A stretch of DNA of 63,023 nt, counting the filler, from Hyphochytrium catenoides (Eukaryota; Protista; Hyphochytriomycota): the NCBI GenBank assembly GCA_900088475.1. It is 4 parts of 4 records of this genome, joined end to end, with 100 filler letters (N's around TTAATTAATTAA, not from the genome) between each part and the next. Parts side by side here need not be neighbours in the genome. Positions count along the whole stretch, not along the records: positions 45,672 to 52,385 come from FLMG01000500.1; positions 52,486 to 63,023 come from FLMG01004059.1; 2 more parts are not named here. One strand, 5' to 3'. How positions within the stretch are numbered: the first letter of the stretch is position 1; every line of letters starts with the position of its first letter. A program made the translations under genes and the position numbers. This document shows, in pieces, positions 48,978 through 60,699 of this stretch. A model generated the notes under the pieces. It saw only the letters and a list, made by a program, of their open reading frames with translations, searched no databases and was not told the origin of the DNA.

Positions 48978-49791
48978 GTATGATTGTGGGGGGATTCTTT
49001 GTGGTGGTGGGCTTCCGTTAGAAGAAAGAGGGAAATGGGAGAGAGAAGAAGGAAAAGAGAGACAGAGAACAAAAATAAATTGAGCCGCATATCGAAGGCC
49101 AGCAGTATGCGCCAACATGGTTGGAAAGGCGAAGAGGAGAGGAGAGGACATAGGGAGTGAGAGAGAAGAGAGACAAAGAGAGACAAAGAGAGAGAGAGAG
49201 AGACAGACAGAGAGAGAGAGAGAGAAAGACCTTCTCCATATCCTTCTACCTCCAAAGACGTAAAAGGATAATGATGGCTTTATATATGGTCCCCATCCTG
49301 CCGTTCCGTCTGCCCGCCGCGACTCTCTCTCTCTCTCTCTCTCTCTCTCCTTGTCTCTCTCTCTCTGTCTCACTTCCTCCTTCTACTATTTCTTGATACT
49401 GCTGACGGAAGTCATATAAGTAGGAAAGAGACAGTCCTTGTCCCGATCTCGTCTTCTTCATCATCAACTCAAAGACTGCCGCTCAGTCTCTTTCTTGTCT
49501 GCATCGCAGCATCACTGCCATCCCTTGAGCACCACACACAAGCAAGAAGTAGACAGACAGAGAGAGAGAAAGAAGGCAATAAAAGAGAGAGAGAGAGAAA
49601 GAGAGAGAGAGAGGCAAGGAGAAAGTGAGAGACAAGCCAAAAAGAAGGAGAGAAGAGGCTAGAAAAGAAGAGAGAGAGACATACAGACAGCGAAAGACAG
49701 AGGGACAGAGAGACAGACAGAGGCGAGAGACAGACGGAGAGAGAGAGAGACAGACAGAGAGAGAGAGATCTTGATCCCTCTTCTTTGCACG

Positions 49792-51837
49792 ATGGCGTCT
49801 TCTCAAGAAATGTTCCTCGACGGGACCCAATCCTGGGCTTATACTTTGGGAGTCACCGCCTTGGTCCTGGACCTCACGCTTCTCCCTTTTCTCTGCATCC
49901 TTCTCTGGAAACGCCGAGACTTCTTTCCTCTCAACTCCACGCCGTCTTTTCTCCTTCTCTCCACGCAGATCGGCGCCAGTCTCTTTGTTGTCTCTCTCCT
50001 GCAGTCCATCGTCTCTCCTTCTCTCCCCTGTTGGCTCCACTTCTTCATCAGCCTGGGAGACTACTTTCCTTTCTTCTGCGGGACAGCGCTGCAGCTCTTC
50101 CGCACGTGGTACGTCTTCAATGTCCAGCAGAGCATCTCCCAGAAGAAGCGCAACTGGTTCAGCAAACACTCTTCCCTGGTCTCAGACGCGAATCTGAAGA
50201 AGATTCTCTTTGGTTGCGGTCTCTTCTTGGGCCTTCTTCCTCTCATTCAGCTCTCCACGCGGTCTAAGGAGGCTCTCAATGGGCCGATGATAGGAGAGAC
50301 TTGCCTTAGGTTCTCTTCTGCGGCAGAGGTAAGAGATCTAGAGGGGAAAAGAGAGAGAGAGAGAGAAGAGGTAGTCAGAGACAGAGAGAGAGAGAGAGAG
50401 AGATCTTGGCTCTCCCTACTCTTTGGTTTCCATTTCTTCCTTACGTTTCTGTCTCTGCTGCTGCTCCTTCTTCTCTGCTCTCTTCCTTCTCTTATCTGCT
50501 TGTTCTCTTATTTTTCCCTTTCTGTCTCTCTCTTTGTCAGACTCTCTTACCCTCCCGCTAACGCACTGTCTCTCTCTCTCTCTCTCATGTCTGTTACCTT
50601 GCCTTCCTCTTCCCTCCGTTGCTCTCTATATCCATATAATTCTCTTGTCCTCTCTCTACAATCTTTTTGTCTCTCCGGCTCTCTTCTCTCTCTTTTTCTT
50701 CTCCTCTCGGCTCTCCATTCTTCCCGCCCTCTTATCGCCTCAACTCTCTCTCGCTCTCTCTCTCTCTCTCTCCGCCCCCTTCCCCATCTCTCTCTCTCTC
50801 TTTCTCTCTTTCTTTTCCCGCTCTCTCTCTCTCTCTCTCTCTCTCTCCCTTCCCTCTCTCTCTCTTTTGCTCTCTTTCCTTTCCAAACCCTCTCTCCCCT
50901 GCTCTCCCCTCCCCACCAAACAACACAGAGCGGCTTCGCCAGCGCGTGCTGGTACCTCATCATCATCGCCAACGTGCTCTTCTCTTTCTTGATGAGGAAC
51001 ATCGACGATGCTTTCAACCTGAGAGAGAACTGGCGCAACATCGCCTACTTTTTCTTGATGGGAACGCCTCTCAACGCCATGGCCGCGAATCTCTCCGACG
51101 GACTCAATGAAGATGTCCGCTTCAATGCCTACGCCTTGGGACAGTTTGCCTATGTAGGCGCTGCGTTCTCTTACATCTGGTTCGCCTCTCTCTCTCCTAT
51201 CCAGCAGTCTTTCGCGAAGGAATGGCAGGAGAAGAGAGAGAGAGAGGCGTTTGCCGCGCACCAGAAGAAGCATGACCGCGGTGGCCGCGGCGCTGCGGAG
51301 AGAGATGCAGACGATGGCAATGAGCTCACTCTCGTCTTGACAACTGCAGAGCTAAAGGCAGCGCTCTTGAGGACAGAGATTCTTCCTCAGTTCAAGCAGT
51401 ATCTCATCCGTGAGTTCTGCTGTGAGAACATTCTCTTTGTCCAGGCGGTGGAGAGACTGAGAGGACTGGAGAAGAAGAGAGTGAATGAGACGGAGCGGCA
51501 GAAAGAGTCTCAGCAGATTATTGAAGATTTCATCAGAGAGAACGCTCCTTTTGAGCTCAACATCTCTCAGAATCTTCGACGATCTATCTTGACCAAGTGG
51601 GAGGTGGACGTCCTGCGCCAGGAAAGAGGAGAGAAGAAGAGCAGCGGAGAGACAGAGCAAGAAGCGGACGTAGAGATCTTTCTCCCCGCGGAAGAGGAAG
51701 TCTATCGGATGATGCTGGACCCGTACAATCGCTTCATCAGGAGCTTTCTCCTCGGACATACTTTTGGAGGCGGCAGGAGAGACTCGACGATTGTGGGCCG
51801 CAGTGGCAGCTCTGCCAGGATCATCCCTGGCAAGTGA
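49792..51837 (+). CDS. 7TM-RGS protein (seven-transmembrane domain fused to regulator of G-protein signalling domain); one intron 50329-50928
   Basis: N-terminal hydrophobic helices with LWKRRDFFPL, LPC and DDAFNLRE motifs typical of 7TM-RGS proteins. RGS box FKQYLIREFCCENILF...IIEDFIRENAPFELNIS...IFLPAEEEVYRMMLDPYNRFIRS. Phase-0 GT-AG intron. Confidence 0.92.
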   Translation: MASSQEMFLDGTQSWAYTLGVTALVLDLTLLPFLCILLWKRRDFFPLNSTPSFLLLSTQIGASLFVVSLLQSIVSPSLPCWLHFFISLGDYFPFFCGTALQLFRTWYVFNVQQSISQKKRNWFSKHSSLVSDANLKKILFGCGLFLGLLPLIQLSTRSKEALNGPMIGETCLRFSSAAEVRDLEGKREREREEVVRDRERERERSWLSLLFGFHFFLTFLSLLLLLLLCSLPSLICLFSYFSLSVSLFVRLSYPPANALSLSLSLMSVTLPSSSLRCSLYPYNSLVLSLQSFCLSGSLLSLFLLLSALHSSRPLIASTLSRSLSLSLRPLPHLSLSLSLFLFPLSLSLSLSLPSLSLSFALFPFQTLSPLLSPPHQTTQSGFASACWYLIIIANVLFSFLMRNIDDAFNLRENWRNIAYFFLMGTPLNAMAANLSDGLNEDVRFNAYALGQFAYVGAAFSYIWFASLSPIQQSFAKEWQEKREREAFAAHQKKHDRGGRGAAERDADDGNELTLVLTTAELKAALLRTEILPQFKQYLIREFCCENILFVQAVERLRGLEKKRVNETERQKESQQIIEDFIRENAPFELNISQNLRRSILTKWEVDVLRQERGEKKSSGETEQEADVEIFLPAEEEVYRMMLDPYNRFIRSFLLGHTFGGGRRDSTIVGRSGSSARIIPGK

Positions 51838-52011
51838 GGAGAGGGGCGCGAGGAAGAAGAAGAGTGAGAGCTGCTGCTTCAGGTCCTGCCGGCTCTTCTC
51901 TTTCTTCCACGAGGGCCTGCTCTACATCGAGTAAGCAAGGGAAGGAGCTAAGTGCCAGTTAGAAGGAGAGCTAGGATTGCTCGGAACTGGACGGAGAAGA
52001 TCAGGACACAC

Positions 52012-52050
<39 letters not shown>

Positions 52051-52385
52051 ATGGAAGAGAGAGAGAGATGAAAAAGAGAGTGAGAGAGAGAGAAAATGAA
52101 AGAGAGAGAGGGAAGGGTGGGAGAAGGATAGAGGAAGAGAGAAGAAGGCTGAGGAAGCTCTGGTCCTAGTGAAGAAGAAAGAGGATTCTCTGTCATTAAA
52201 ACGTCTTTAGTCTAGATAAAAATGCACCAGCTGTTGAGCGATCTATGAGTTTGCCTCTTCAGTCCCGACAACAGGGAGAGACAGCCGTGGAGAAGGAGAG
52301 GAAAAGCAGAAGAGTGAGAGAAGAGAGGAAGCTCAGAACCCCTACCGCATATCAGAAATGACGGGAAAAGAGGAGAGAGAGAGAG

Positions 52386-52485
52386 NNNNNNNNNNNNNNN
52401 NNNNNNNNNNNNNNNNNNNNNNNNNNNNNTTAATTAATTAANNNNNNNNNNNNNNNNNNNNNNNNNNNNNNNNNNNNNNNNNNNN
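52386..52485. other. artificial scaffold join (100 nt with TTAATTAATTAA linker)
   Basis: Same N-linker-N design. Confidence 0.95.
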
Positions 52486-55470
52486 GATTAGATTTTGAGA
52501 GATGCCGTCTGCTGCTGGCACGACCTTAGAAAGAAGTGATGATTGATTGATTGATCGATGGCAACAAATGGCAGACTGGAGTGAGCAATAGCTAGGCTGA
52601 GTCTAGGGGAACAGGCTTCCCTAAGGCTAGGAGGAGGGAAAGAAGGAAGTGAGTGGGCTGCCCAGTAAGCTGCAGAGCTGCAAGAGCTATGATCACAGAT
52701 ATAGCGAGAAAATATTCCAAGGGCGAAGGACGAGAAGCTACCCAGCGAGAAAAAAGATGATAGGAGTCGGCCTGTTGGTTGAGCGTTGAGGGCATCGAGA
52801 GCTAGGATTGGAACTTGAAGAGCAGCATTGTCTCTGAAGCATCCAAGTGGGACGAGGTCGGTTACGAGCTCTGACGAGAGATGAGTGCCGCCCGCGTCGT
52901 CCGTGCGGCTGCCCTCTGTGATACTACTGGGCAGAAAATATCACCCATAGCGGTGGTTGTGGTCTTGGACTACTAGCAGCTCAAGACCTGCTCCTCAATA
53001 ATCAGCCGCTTGGGAGTGACGAGTTTTATTGGTTTCGAGCGAGCGAAGAAGCAGATGCAAGAAGAAGTTCCCTTTGCTACTAGTTATACTCGTTGACGAT
53101 CATATCAGGTTAACACTCTAACAAGGAGACCATAGCCCTTGATAGGACCTGAAAGAACTGAGGTCCAAAGACGATGTGAGAGTCCTAGAAGCTGCAATCT
53201 CCGTGAGTGGGACACGGACGAGTGACAATCTACCAGTCCATCACTTGAGGGTTCCTTCTATTGCTAAGCAGCTTGAAGTCAATATCCCAAGAACTACAAC
53301 TGTTCGCTCATCAAGGATCATCGTAGTACAAGCGCGTCGGTCACTCGGTCGCTCCGATCCGATTCTTCAGACGCCTTTCTCTTTTCAGCTGTTGATCATT
53401 AAGTCCTTGTAGCGATGAGTAGATCAATGGGAACTCTTCCACACTCTTATAAGGCGCTTCCATCTGATGGAACCTTCGTCACGCCAAAGAGGTTGCGGTT
53501 GACTGTGAAGATAACGTGATGAAGACAATGGAGCTGCAATCGAGACAATTGTTAGCAAGTAGTAGGAGGAGGTCGCTCCCCAGACCGAGGGGATCGCCTC
53601 AAACATTGAAAGAATACTGATCCTGACACCACGAGGGATCCCATGCTTGCTTCCTAACAGTTCTTCCAACCGAACCACTCAAAGGCGTCGGTATACATAG
53701 ACCTTATAGAGAATGCAGATGTTCTTACATCGCTCCCATTTTGACTTGAAAGATGTCTGTGAGTCTGGACAGAAGTTCCTCGCGAAAAATGCTCCTGACT
53801 CGCCGAAGGGTTTCTGCTCCGCCAACAACGTGGTACTTCCCTATCAATACATATTTCGACGGCGTCGCGTGCCGCATAAGTCTCCACTTGAGACCGTCGT
53901 GCTTCCGCTGAGCATCGTCAAGAGCCTGAGGTAAGCGCTGGAATCGACTGCCAGTTGAAATGGGCTTGTCTTCTTGATGCTGCTGCTCGCGCTGACGCCT
54001 CCGCAACTGCTTTCGGTTCAACTAGGGAGGCCCTTCGTCCGAGGCAGCAACGGTCCATCGTGGTGATGAATCTCATCATCCATCATCGTCGTCGGCGAGT
54101 ACTGCTTCGTAGTGCCCGTTACTTTGAAAAGAACTACGAACTGTTCCAGCTCTTCTTCCGGGGTCCTGGCACTACATTGACTGGCTTGTTGCTGCTCCAT
54201 CATCCTCTTTTTACTGCCTGCTAGTATGGCTGCTTGGCAAATAATGATGATCTCTCCACATATAATAATCATAGGAGGAGGAGGAAGGAGTCCCTTTTGG
54301 CAATAATGCAAAGACTATAAGTTGACTGCCGATCCCCTCTTCTATACTCCGTACATCGTCGTAAGTATGATTTTGCTGCTGGCAACGGGCAGAAGTGGCC
54401 GACCAGAGAGACCATACAATGCTAAGAAGGCCAGCTCAGCCGCTGCTGCAAACAACGAGGAGCATCCTCCTCCTCCTCTGAAGCCGCCACAGACATGAGA
54501 ACAAAGTAGGGAGGACCGGTTAAACGAGGAGCAAAGCCTGCTTACAATAAGGGAGAAGGACGCCAAACAGCAGCGGAGGTCTACCAGCAGCAAGCTTACG
54601 GAGGACGAAGTCCAAGAAGAAGCAAGAGAAGTCCATTATTTAGTGAACCCCTAACCTCATAATACATAACAACAGTCAAGGGAAGGACAAACAAGGTGAT
54701 CAAGGGGAAAAAGGGCAGGAGGCAAGGCCCTGCTCCTCCTGTGCTGAAGATGCCGCCCGTCCTGCCTGCAACGCTTCGAATAACGTTTTTTGGTCCAACA
54801 AACTGGTCGTACGAGGAGAAAAATAACAACATGAACTGAACAAGGGGACGAGCAGTAGTAAATCGATAAGAAGGAACGTAGTGATGCTACTGAATGGGTG
54901 GTGGACTGTAAGAGTTAGTCAGTGGCGGCGCCGCGCTGAATGAAGCTTTTTGAAGTTGAAATGAAGCTTTCTTGCTAATCTTCAAGGCTGAGGAGCCAAG
55001 AGATGATCATAGGAGTAGTTGATTTTCTTATGATGATCTATAAGTCAGGGGTGATCACGGCCCGTAGGTAACCTGTTCATTCGGCCAAAAATTTACCGGG
55101 ATTGGCTTGTTACCGCTTACGATGGACGTTCTATTTGCCCTCCAGCAAAGTCTGTTAGGTTCGAGCGTCGCTGCCCTTCTGACCCTAAGGACGGAGGGGT
55201 AAGACATGATTGTTTGTCGCTGGTGGTCCCGAGAGCAACTGGCTTTGTTATGTACAGTTCGTTCGTACCACGGTCCAAACAGACTTCATTCTTCACACAC
55301 TTGTTGAAGCTTGCAGAAGTTTGATGCTTTGGGCTTTGAGTGCTGCTCGGAGGATCGCAGTGGTGAGAAAGAGTCTGTATGCTGGTGGAGGGTAGGAGGG
55401 CGTGTCTTGTCCATCTGCACTATAGCTTCTTCGGGCTGTCAATACCAATATCAGCTCCGTCTGCCAGGCG

Positions 55471-57966
55471 TCACTGATTGATGATGTTGAGATCAGGTCC
55501 CTGCACCTCAGCACTTCGGTCAACTCGCTCATTTCTGAATGCCGTCGTCGTTCCTCCTCTTAGTTCTTGATCGTCCACTGCTACCTTTTTTCTTTGTTGA
55601 CGCTTGACGTAAGGAATCTGATAGGACGCCTGGGCGGTGAGAAAAAAGAGGAAGCCTTCACCAAGGAGAACCTTCTTCTTCTGACTACCTTTAAGCAAGG
55701 GTGCTTCATTCATGACGACACTGGTCGTCCTCGAGGACAACGCTGCTGCGGGAGAGACATAATGACTACCTCCTCTGTTTACCGTTGTTGCGGGCATAGC
55801 CTTATTATGTTGTTGGAGGTGAGTGGTGGCGCCTGTAAGAAGGTGGTATAGGAAAGGAAGGGAGAAGAGGATGATTGATGTCACGCGGCCGATGACGAAG
55901 CTGTCCGTAGTTAGATCCAGTGCTGAAGGAGATTCAGCGCCATGACCACCATTGCCGCCCCCTTCCTGAGCAAGCGTCGTGACAAATCCTTCTAGGTACT
56001 TTGTGGTCCTCAGAGCTACTCTGAAGCGTAGACGATTGGTGCCATCCCGGAAAAAGAGGTCGTATAGGAACCAACTCTGAGTCAGTAGTAGTGGAGCCAA
56101 CACGGCCCAGCCAAGGAATCGCTTGGTGATAAAGTGTCGTCTTCCCACGTCCTGCTGGCAATGTGATCTGACCAACGAGTCACTACAGAGACATGCTGCA
56201 TACAAAAGACACCATGCGATAAGACTAAGACAGCGCTCATCGTACTCATAGGCGTCACACAGAGAAAGTAGGAGCCCTAGTGTCTGAAACATAAGAAACC
56301 AGAAGTCAAAGGAGGAGCGGAGGATAATGCAGAGGAGCTGGTAGTTCCAGAAATTGGTCAAGTAGACGACGAAGGCACAGTTCCACAGCAGTCCCACCAC
56401 GCCCAATCGCCATGACGTGAGAAAGGCCATTGGGCGGCGCCCATCTCCTTCCATGAACTCTCGAAGGTAGAGAAGCAATGGGATGCTAGCAACACCAATA
56501 AGAACCAGTGCACGCAAGACCACCACTTGAGTGATCGATAGCAGGCTTTGGGTGGTCTCCTGAGGTCCCTTGTCGCTGTCAGATTGTCTCGTCGTTCTTA
56601 TTCTACCGATAACTTTTCTGAAAACGCTCTTCCGGCCTATTTCAACCGAAGCCTCGGAGAGAACTGTTAAGTCAAGCGGTACAATCGCATGAATGTGATT
56701 AGCGAGCTCTTTGTCCGCAGCAGTTGGATGCTGCAACATCTCCGTCGACGGACTTCCCCCACAACAAGCCGTCTGCTGGTGGGCAGGGCTTGATGATGGG
56801 CCAAGCTGTTGTTCCTCCCAGATCACCGCGGGCCAGGACAGCATGACACAATCTACTCGTCTGGTTCTGTTGGTACCAGCAGAAGAAGATTTACGGCGGC
56901 TGTCCCTGCGCAGATTCACAGCTGTGCGGATCATGGGCATCATGTAGTATACGAGAAGTGTACCAGCGAGATTTAGCACAATGTCCTCCCCCGTCAGTTG
57001 CCGAGTCCCTAACGGCCAACGAAGCACAGCACCCCCGAGAAAAGACTTGACCACCACACAGATTGCTAGGTTAACATACACAAGGTTGACAAGGACATAG
57101 GACCACATATGAAGAGCTCTTGATTGCAGGAGATAATGGTAGCTATCCCGCATCGCTCCACACAAAACTGCCGAAGTAATAGTTCCGCCAGCGAGGAGTA
57201 TGCCGCGGACTCCGCCTACCATAAGCCCTACAACTGTCCACAGCATCACCAAGAGTATCGCTATGAACCAAAAGTAGGAGCTCTTGAGGGTGAGGCGCAT
57301 AAGGGTTGAGTTCATGGTCAGCAGCACCTGAACGTGAGCGGGAATGGGTCCAACGACCACAACTATCGCGAGGATAGTCCCCACGAGTCTATCATTGACA
57401 ATCAATGTCAAGCAGTTGGCGACCATGCCAGCATTAAAGCCCAGCATTGAGAGTTTGACGAATCCTTTGTGCTGTCGAAAGGCCCTAAATAGGCGCCTAT
57501 GCGCTTGCTGCCCAAAGAGCACGCAACAAATTGTGTTGTTGAAGTCTAGCATTATGCTGTCGTCGGATGGACACGAGTCCCTGCCGTTCAACCAGAGCGG
57601 AGCTATTATTATCCAGTTGTTGGCGCCCAGAGAAGGGAAACTCTGCTCCTGCTTTAAAGAGTTGCCAGGATCTTCTCCTTCCTCTCGCCCTCGTTGTTGA
57701 GCCAGCGTCTCGTTCACTTCCTCACCACTTCCTCCTCCCACACCCCCTTCTTCTTTTTTTAGCATCCTTGAGAAGTGATGATAACGACACGGCGATTGAC
57801 TGCCTCGTCGCTCTACTACTTTCCCTCTCCCGTGGTACCCCTTCAGTCTCAACAACAGTCTCAGTCCCTCCTCCTCCACACGGGTGGTGGTGGTGGTGGT
57901 GGGCGCTAATAATCGCCACCAAGGAATAGTATGCGAAGAAGAAAGATTATTGTCTTCTTTTAGCAC
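55471..57966 (-). CDS. intronless multipass membrane protein with two homologous halves (true start possibly ATG 57765 or later)
   Basis: 831-codon open frame with roughly 12 hydrophobic segments. Repeated motif LMRLTLKSSYFWF...VR...DS and LLCIILRSSFDFWF...DER...DS. Confidence 0.8.
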   Translation of the reverse strand: MLKEDNNLSSSHTIPWWRLLAPTTTTTTRVEEEGLRLLLRLKGYHGRGKVVERRGSQSPCRYHHFSRMLKKEEGGVGGGSGEEVNETLAQQRGREEGEDPGNSLKQEQSFPSLGANNWIIIAPLWLNGRDSCPSDDSIMLDFNNTICCVLFGQQAHRRLFRAFRQHKGFVKLSMLGFNAGMVANCLTLIVNDRLVGTILAIVVVVGPIPAHVQVLLTMNSTLMRLTLKSSYFWFIAILLVMLWTVVGLMVGGVRGILLAGGTITSAVLCGAMRDSYHYLLQSRALHMWSYVLVNLVYVNLAICVVVKSFLGGAVLRWPLGTRQLTGEDIVLNLAGTLLVYYMMPMIRTAVNLRRDSRRKSSSAGTNRTRRVDCVMLSWPAVIWEEQQLGPSSSPAHQQTACCGGSPSTEMLQHPTAADKELANHIHAIVPLDLTVLSEASVEIGRKSVFRKVIGRIRTTRQSDSDKGPQETTQSLLSITQVVVLRALVLIGVASIPLLLYLREFMEGDGRRPMAFLTSWRLGVVGLLWNCAFVVYLTNFWNYQLLCIILRSSFDFWFLMFQTLGLLLSLCDAYEYDERCLSLIAWCLLYAACLCSDSLVRSHCQQDVGRRHFITKRFLGWAVLAPLLLTQSWFLYDLFFRDGTNRLRFRVALRTTKYLEGFVTTLAQEGGGNGGHGAESPSALDLTTDSFVIGRVTSIILFSLPFLYHLLTGATTHLQQHNKAMPATTVNRGGSHYVSPAAALSSRTTSVVMNEAPLLKGSQKKKVLLGEGFLFFLTAQASYQIPYVKRQQRKKVAVDDQELRGGTTTAFRNERVDRSAEVQGPDLNIINQ

Positions 57967-60699
57967 TCGTCATCCCAGTATTGCTGCAGGGCCCCCATCA
58001 TCACCCTTATTCTTCAACACCAAGAAGCGATGAAGTAGGAGGGAGGACGACGACAGCCAGATGCATCATCAAGAAGAAGAACACCCTGTCTTGTTCATTC
58101 GTGGTAGTCACCTCGCAACTAGGAGGAAGTAAGAGCCGCAAGAGACAGCTCGAACAACGTGTCGCCGCCGATAGAAGACAATTAACAGCAGAAGAAGAAG
58201 GCCCGCCGCGGCCACGGCTAACAACTGATGAGGAGGTGGCAGGAAGAAGCCAACAACGAGTCTGCTGGCTTCCTCCTTCTTCTTTCCTCCTCCTCCTCTT
58301 TCGTCCACCACCACCACCACGACCGATCGACCACGAGCAGCAGCCTCAGAAGAGGAGTTTCAGAGGGAAGAAACGCCTCTGAACAGCGTGACCGACCGCT
58401 TTTATCCCACAACAACTCTATACATAATATAAAGGGTTGTTGGTGCCACCATAGTAGCAGCTCTTTTGAGAGGAGAACACAGCTTTCACCATGTTAGGAC
58501 ATAACTCCTCGACGGCTGGGAGTGAGAAGGTGCCCTTGAGATATGTTGCCCCTGAACTATATGGCTAGCAGAACTCAAGACGGTTTGTCCATGGGCTGTC
58601 GTGGGAACAGACGCCAATTGGCTCTTGCTTAGAAAGGTTGGGCAAAATAGTGGCACAACCCTTTATTATTAAAACCTTATTACAGGACACTTCCTCTTTC
58701 TTCTTCTGCTGTAACCTTTTCTCCAAGATCTCTATAATCATAATACCTGACGTCTTCTAAGGTATAAAGTTGAATAATATATTCATTCTCGATGATGATG
58801 GAGCTCGTCGCTCTATTGTCTCCGCAGTACTAGGAACTATATATATATATATATATCCAACAAGAATCAAGAGGCTAGCGCTGATCTGATGAGCAGCAGT
58901 GGTTGGAAGCTCTTCTTCGTCGTAGTGTAAATGGCAGAAATGAGGTTAATGAAGATGATGAGCTCGAGGAGAGCTTGATAGATAAATGGTCCTTAAGTAC
59001 TATAAAGCCTAAATATACAAAGATATGAAGTTGATATGGAAGAGAAGAATGCACAGAGAGAAACACTCTAAGGAAGAGAGAGAACAGAGAGTATTATTAG
59101 GGATCATTGTATGGCTCCACCAACAAGAAGGGATACGTCGTCTCAGAAAAGAGAATTGGCAATTAATTGGTGGTTAGAAGGAAGGGAAGAAAGTAAAGTC
59201 GGAAAGAGAAAAATGTTCATTCATGAAGTAAGAACAAATTTCTAGAGAAAGTACTGAAGAAAGAAGGGAGTAAGGAATCAGGAAGAAAAGTATTCCTTGC
59301 CCAGACCAAGGGTTCTCAGCATTCAAAAGAGGATAAGAAGTGCTCCCATAGTCCGTTCTTTCTTTATATGCAGAAGATGATGATGATGGCGCACCGCCTA
59401 ACCTTATTATTAGTTTTAGAGCATTCGCGTCTATGCCCAAGAAGAAGAAGGAAGAAGCTACTACTAACGACTAACACCATATCTATCTCTACTTTCATCG
59501 ATCTACAGGGGCAGAGTCAAATCTTCTCATTGCTGGGACTAATATTATGGCAGGGCCTCCAGCGTCGCAGTAGCGATGATACTGCAGCAAGAGTCATGAG
59601 AGATCAAGTGCCTAAGTCGCCGCAGTTGGTTCACCTGTGTAGAGAAGTCAGTGGCGGAAGGACTGATGCTGAGACGAAGTACCGCATTTAATTTCAAGCA
59701 ACAACGTGGAATACTACTTCTCATCATCACCCCTGGCAGCACTGGCACATTTTGCTGCGTCGTGAGGTCCTCAGTCCACTACAAGGATGCTGATGACCTT
59801 GCCAGCGTCAATCTTTGTCGACTCTCCTGTTGCTAGCTTTGACGACTGGTATTGCTCTTCCCTTCATGTGCCTGTTCTTCTTCTTCCTCCAGTTAGCAGT
59901 AGTGTCAGCGTCAGAACTATCATCTCTTGTTTATCCATCCCTTCTACTATCATATTGAGCGTCGTCCTCCTTCCGATTTTTCTCCTGCAGTAGTAGTGCC
60001 ACCCGTCGTTGTCCCAACCCTATCAAGCAAGATAATAGTAGCACCACTTCTTCTTTATGTACAGAGTTCTCCACCACAGCCACCGATGATGTGCAATGAT
60101 GGTACTGGCTTCTTGTGGTTGTTCCCTCCTCTTCTCTTCGTGAGCTACTGCCAAAGCTCCGTCTGCCATTGAGGAAGTTGCGCCGCAAAACAGGTGAACG
60201 TACTACTTACAGAGACACAATATTGATGAACATGCCTAAGGATATAAGCGCTCTTCAATGATAGGCTTACGACGAAAGCTCTCACTTCCACTTGATCTCA
60301 TGGTCGAGAACGTTTAGATTGTGCAGCAACTACCTCCTTCCATGATGCTGAGTTGCAAGGAGATTACCGGAACATCCTTGAATGAATGAGTGAGAGAGAG
60401 TGACACTAGAGGGCGATAATTGCATGAGCTTTAAAGGTCATCATCATCATAGCAATCAACTAAAGAGTAATCAAGCAAAAGAATATAGAATAAAACCCCA
60501 TTGGCAGCGCTCTAATAGCATTCCTTTCTAACAACGTTTATGAGCTTCTTAGCCATGAACTTAATCTTTGATTTTCTTTGGTTGTTCGCTGGGATCGGTT
60601 ATGCCGAGCCGAGACGTGACACAGCGCCAATCTTGAGGGCTTCCTCGTCACGCTTCAGTGACGCCTCACGTTAGCTTTACTGCATCATGCAGCCATGAT

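Noticed and set aside
52590-54320. Decayed protein-like frames on the minus strand
   Set aside because: Many stops and no recognisable motif; cannot be assigned.
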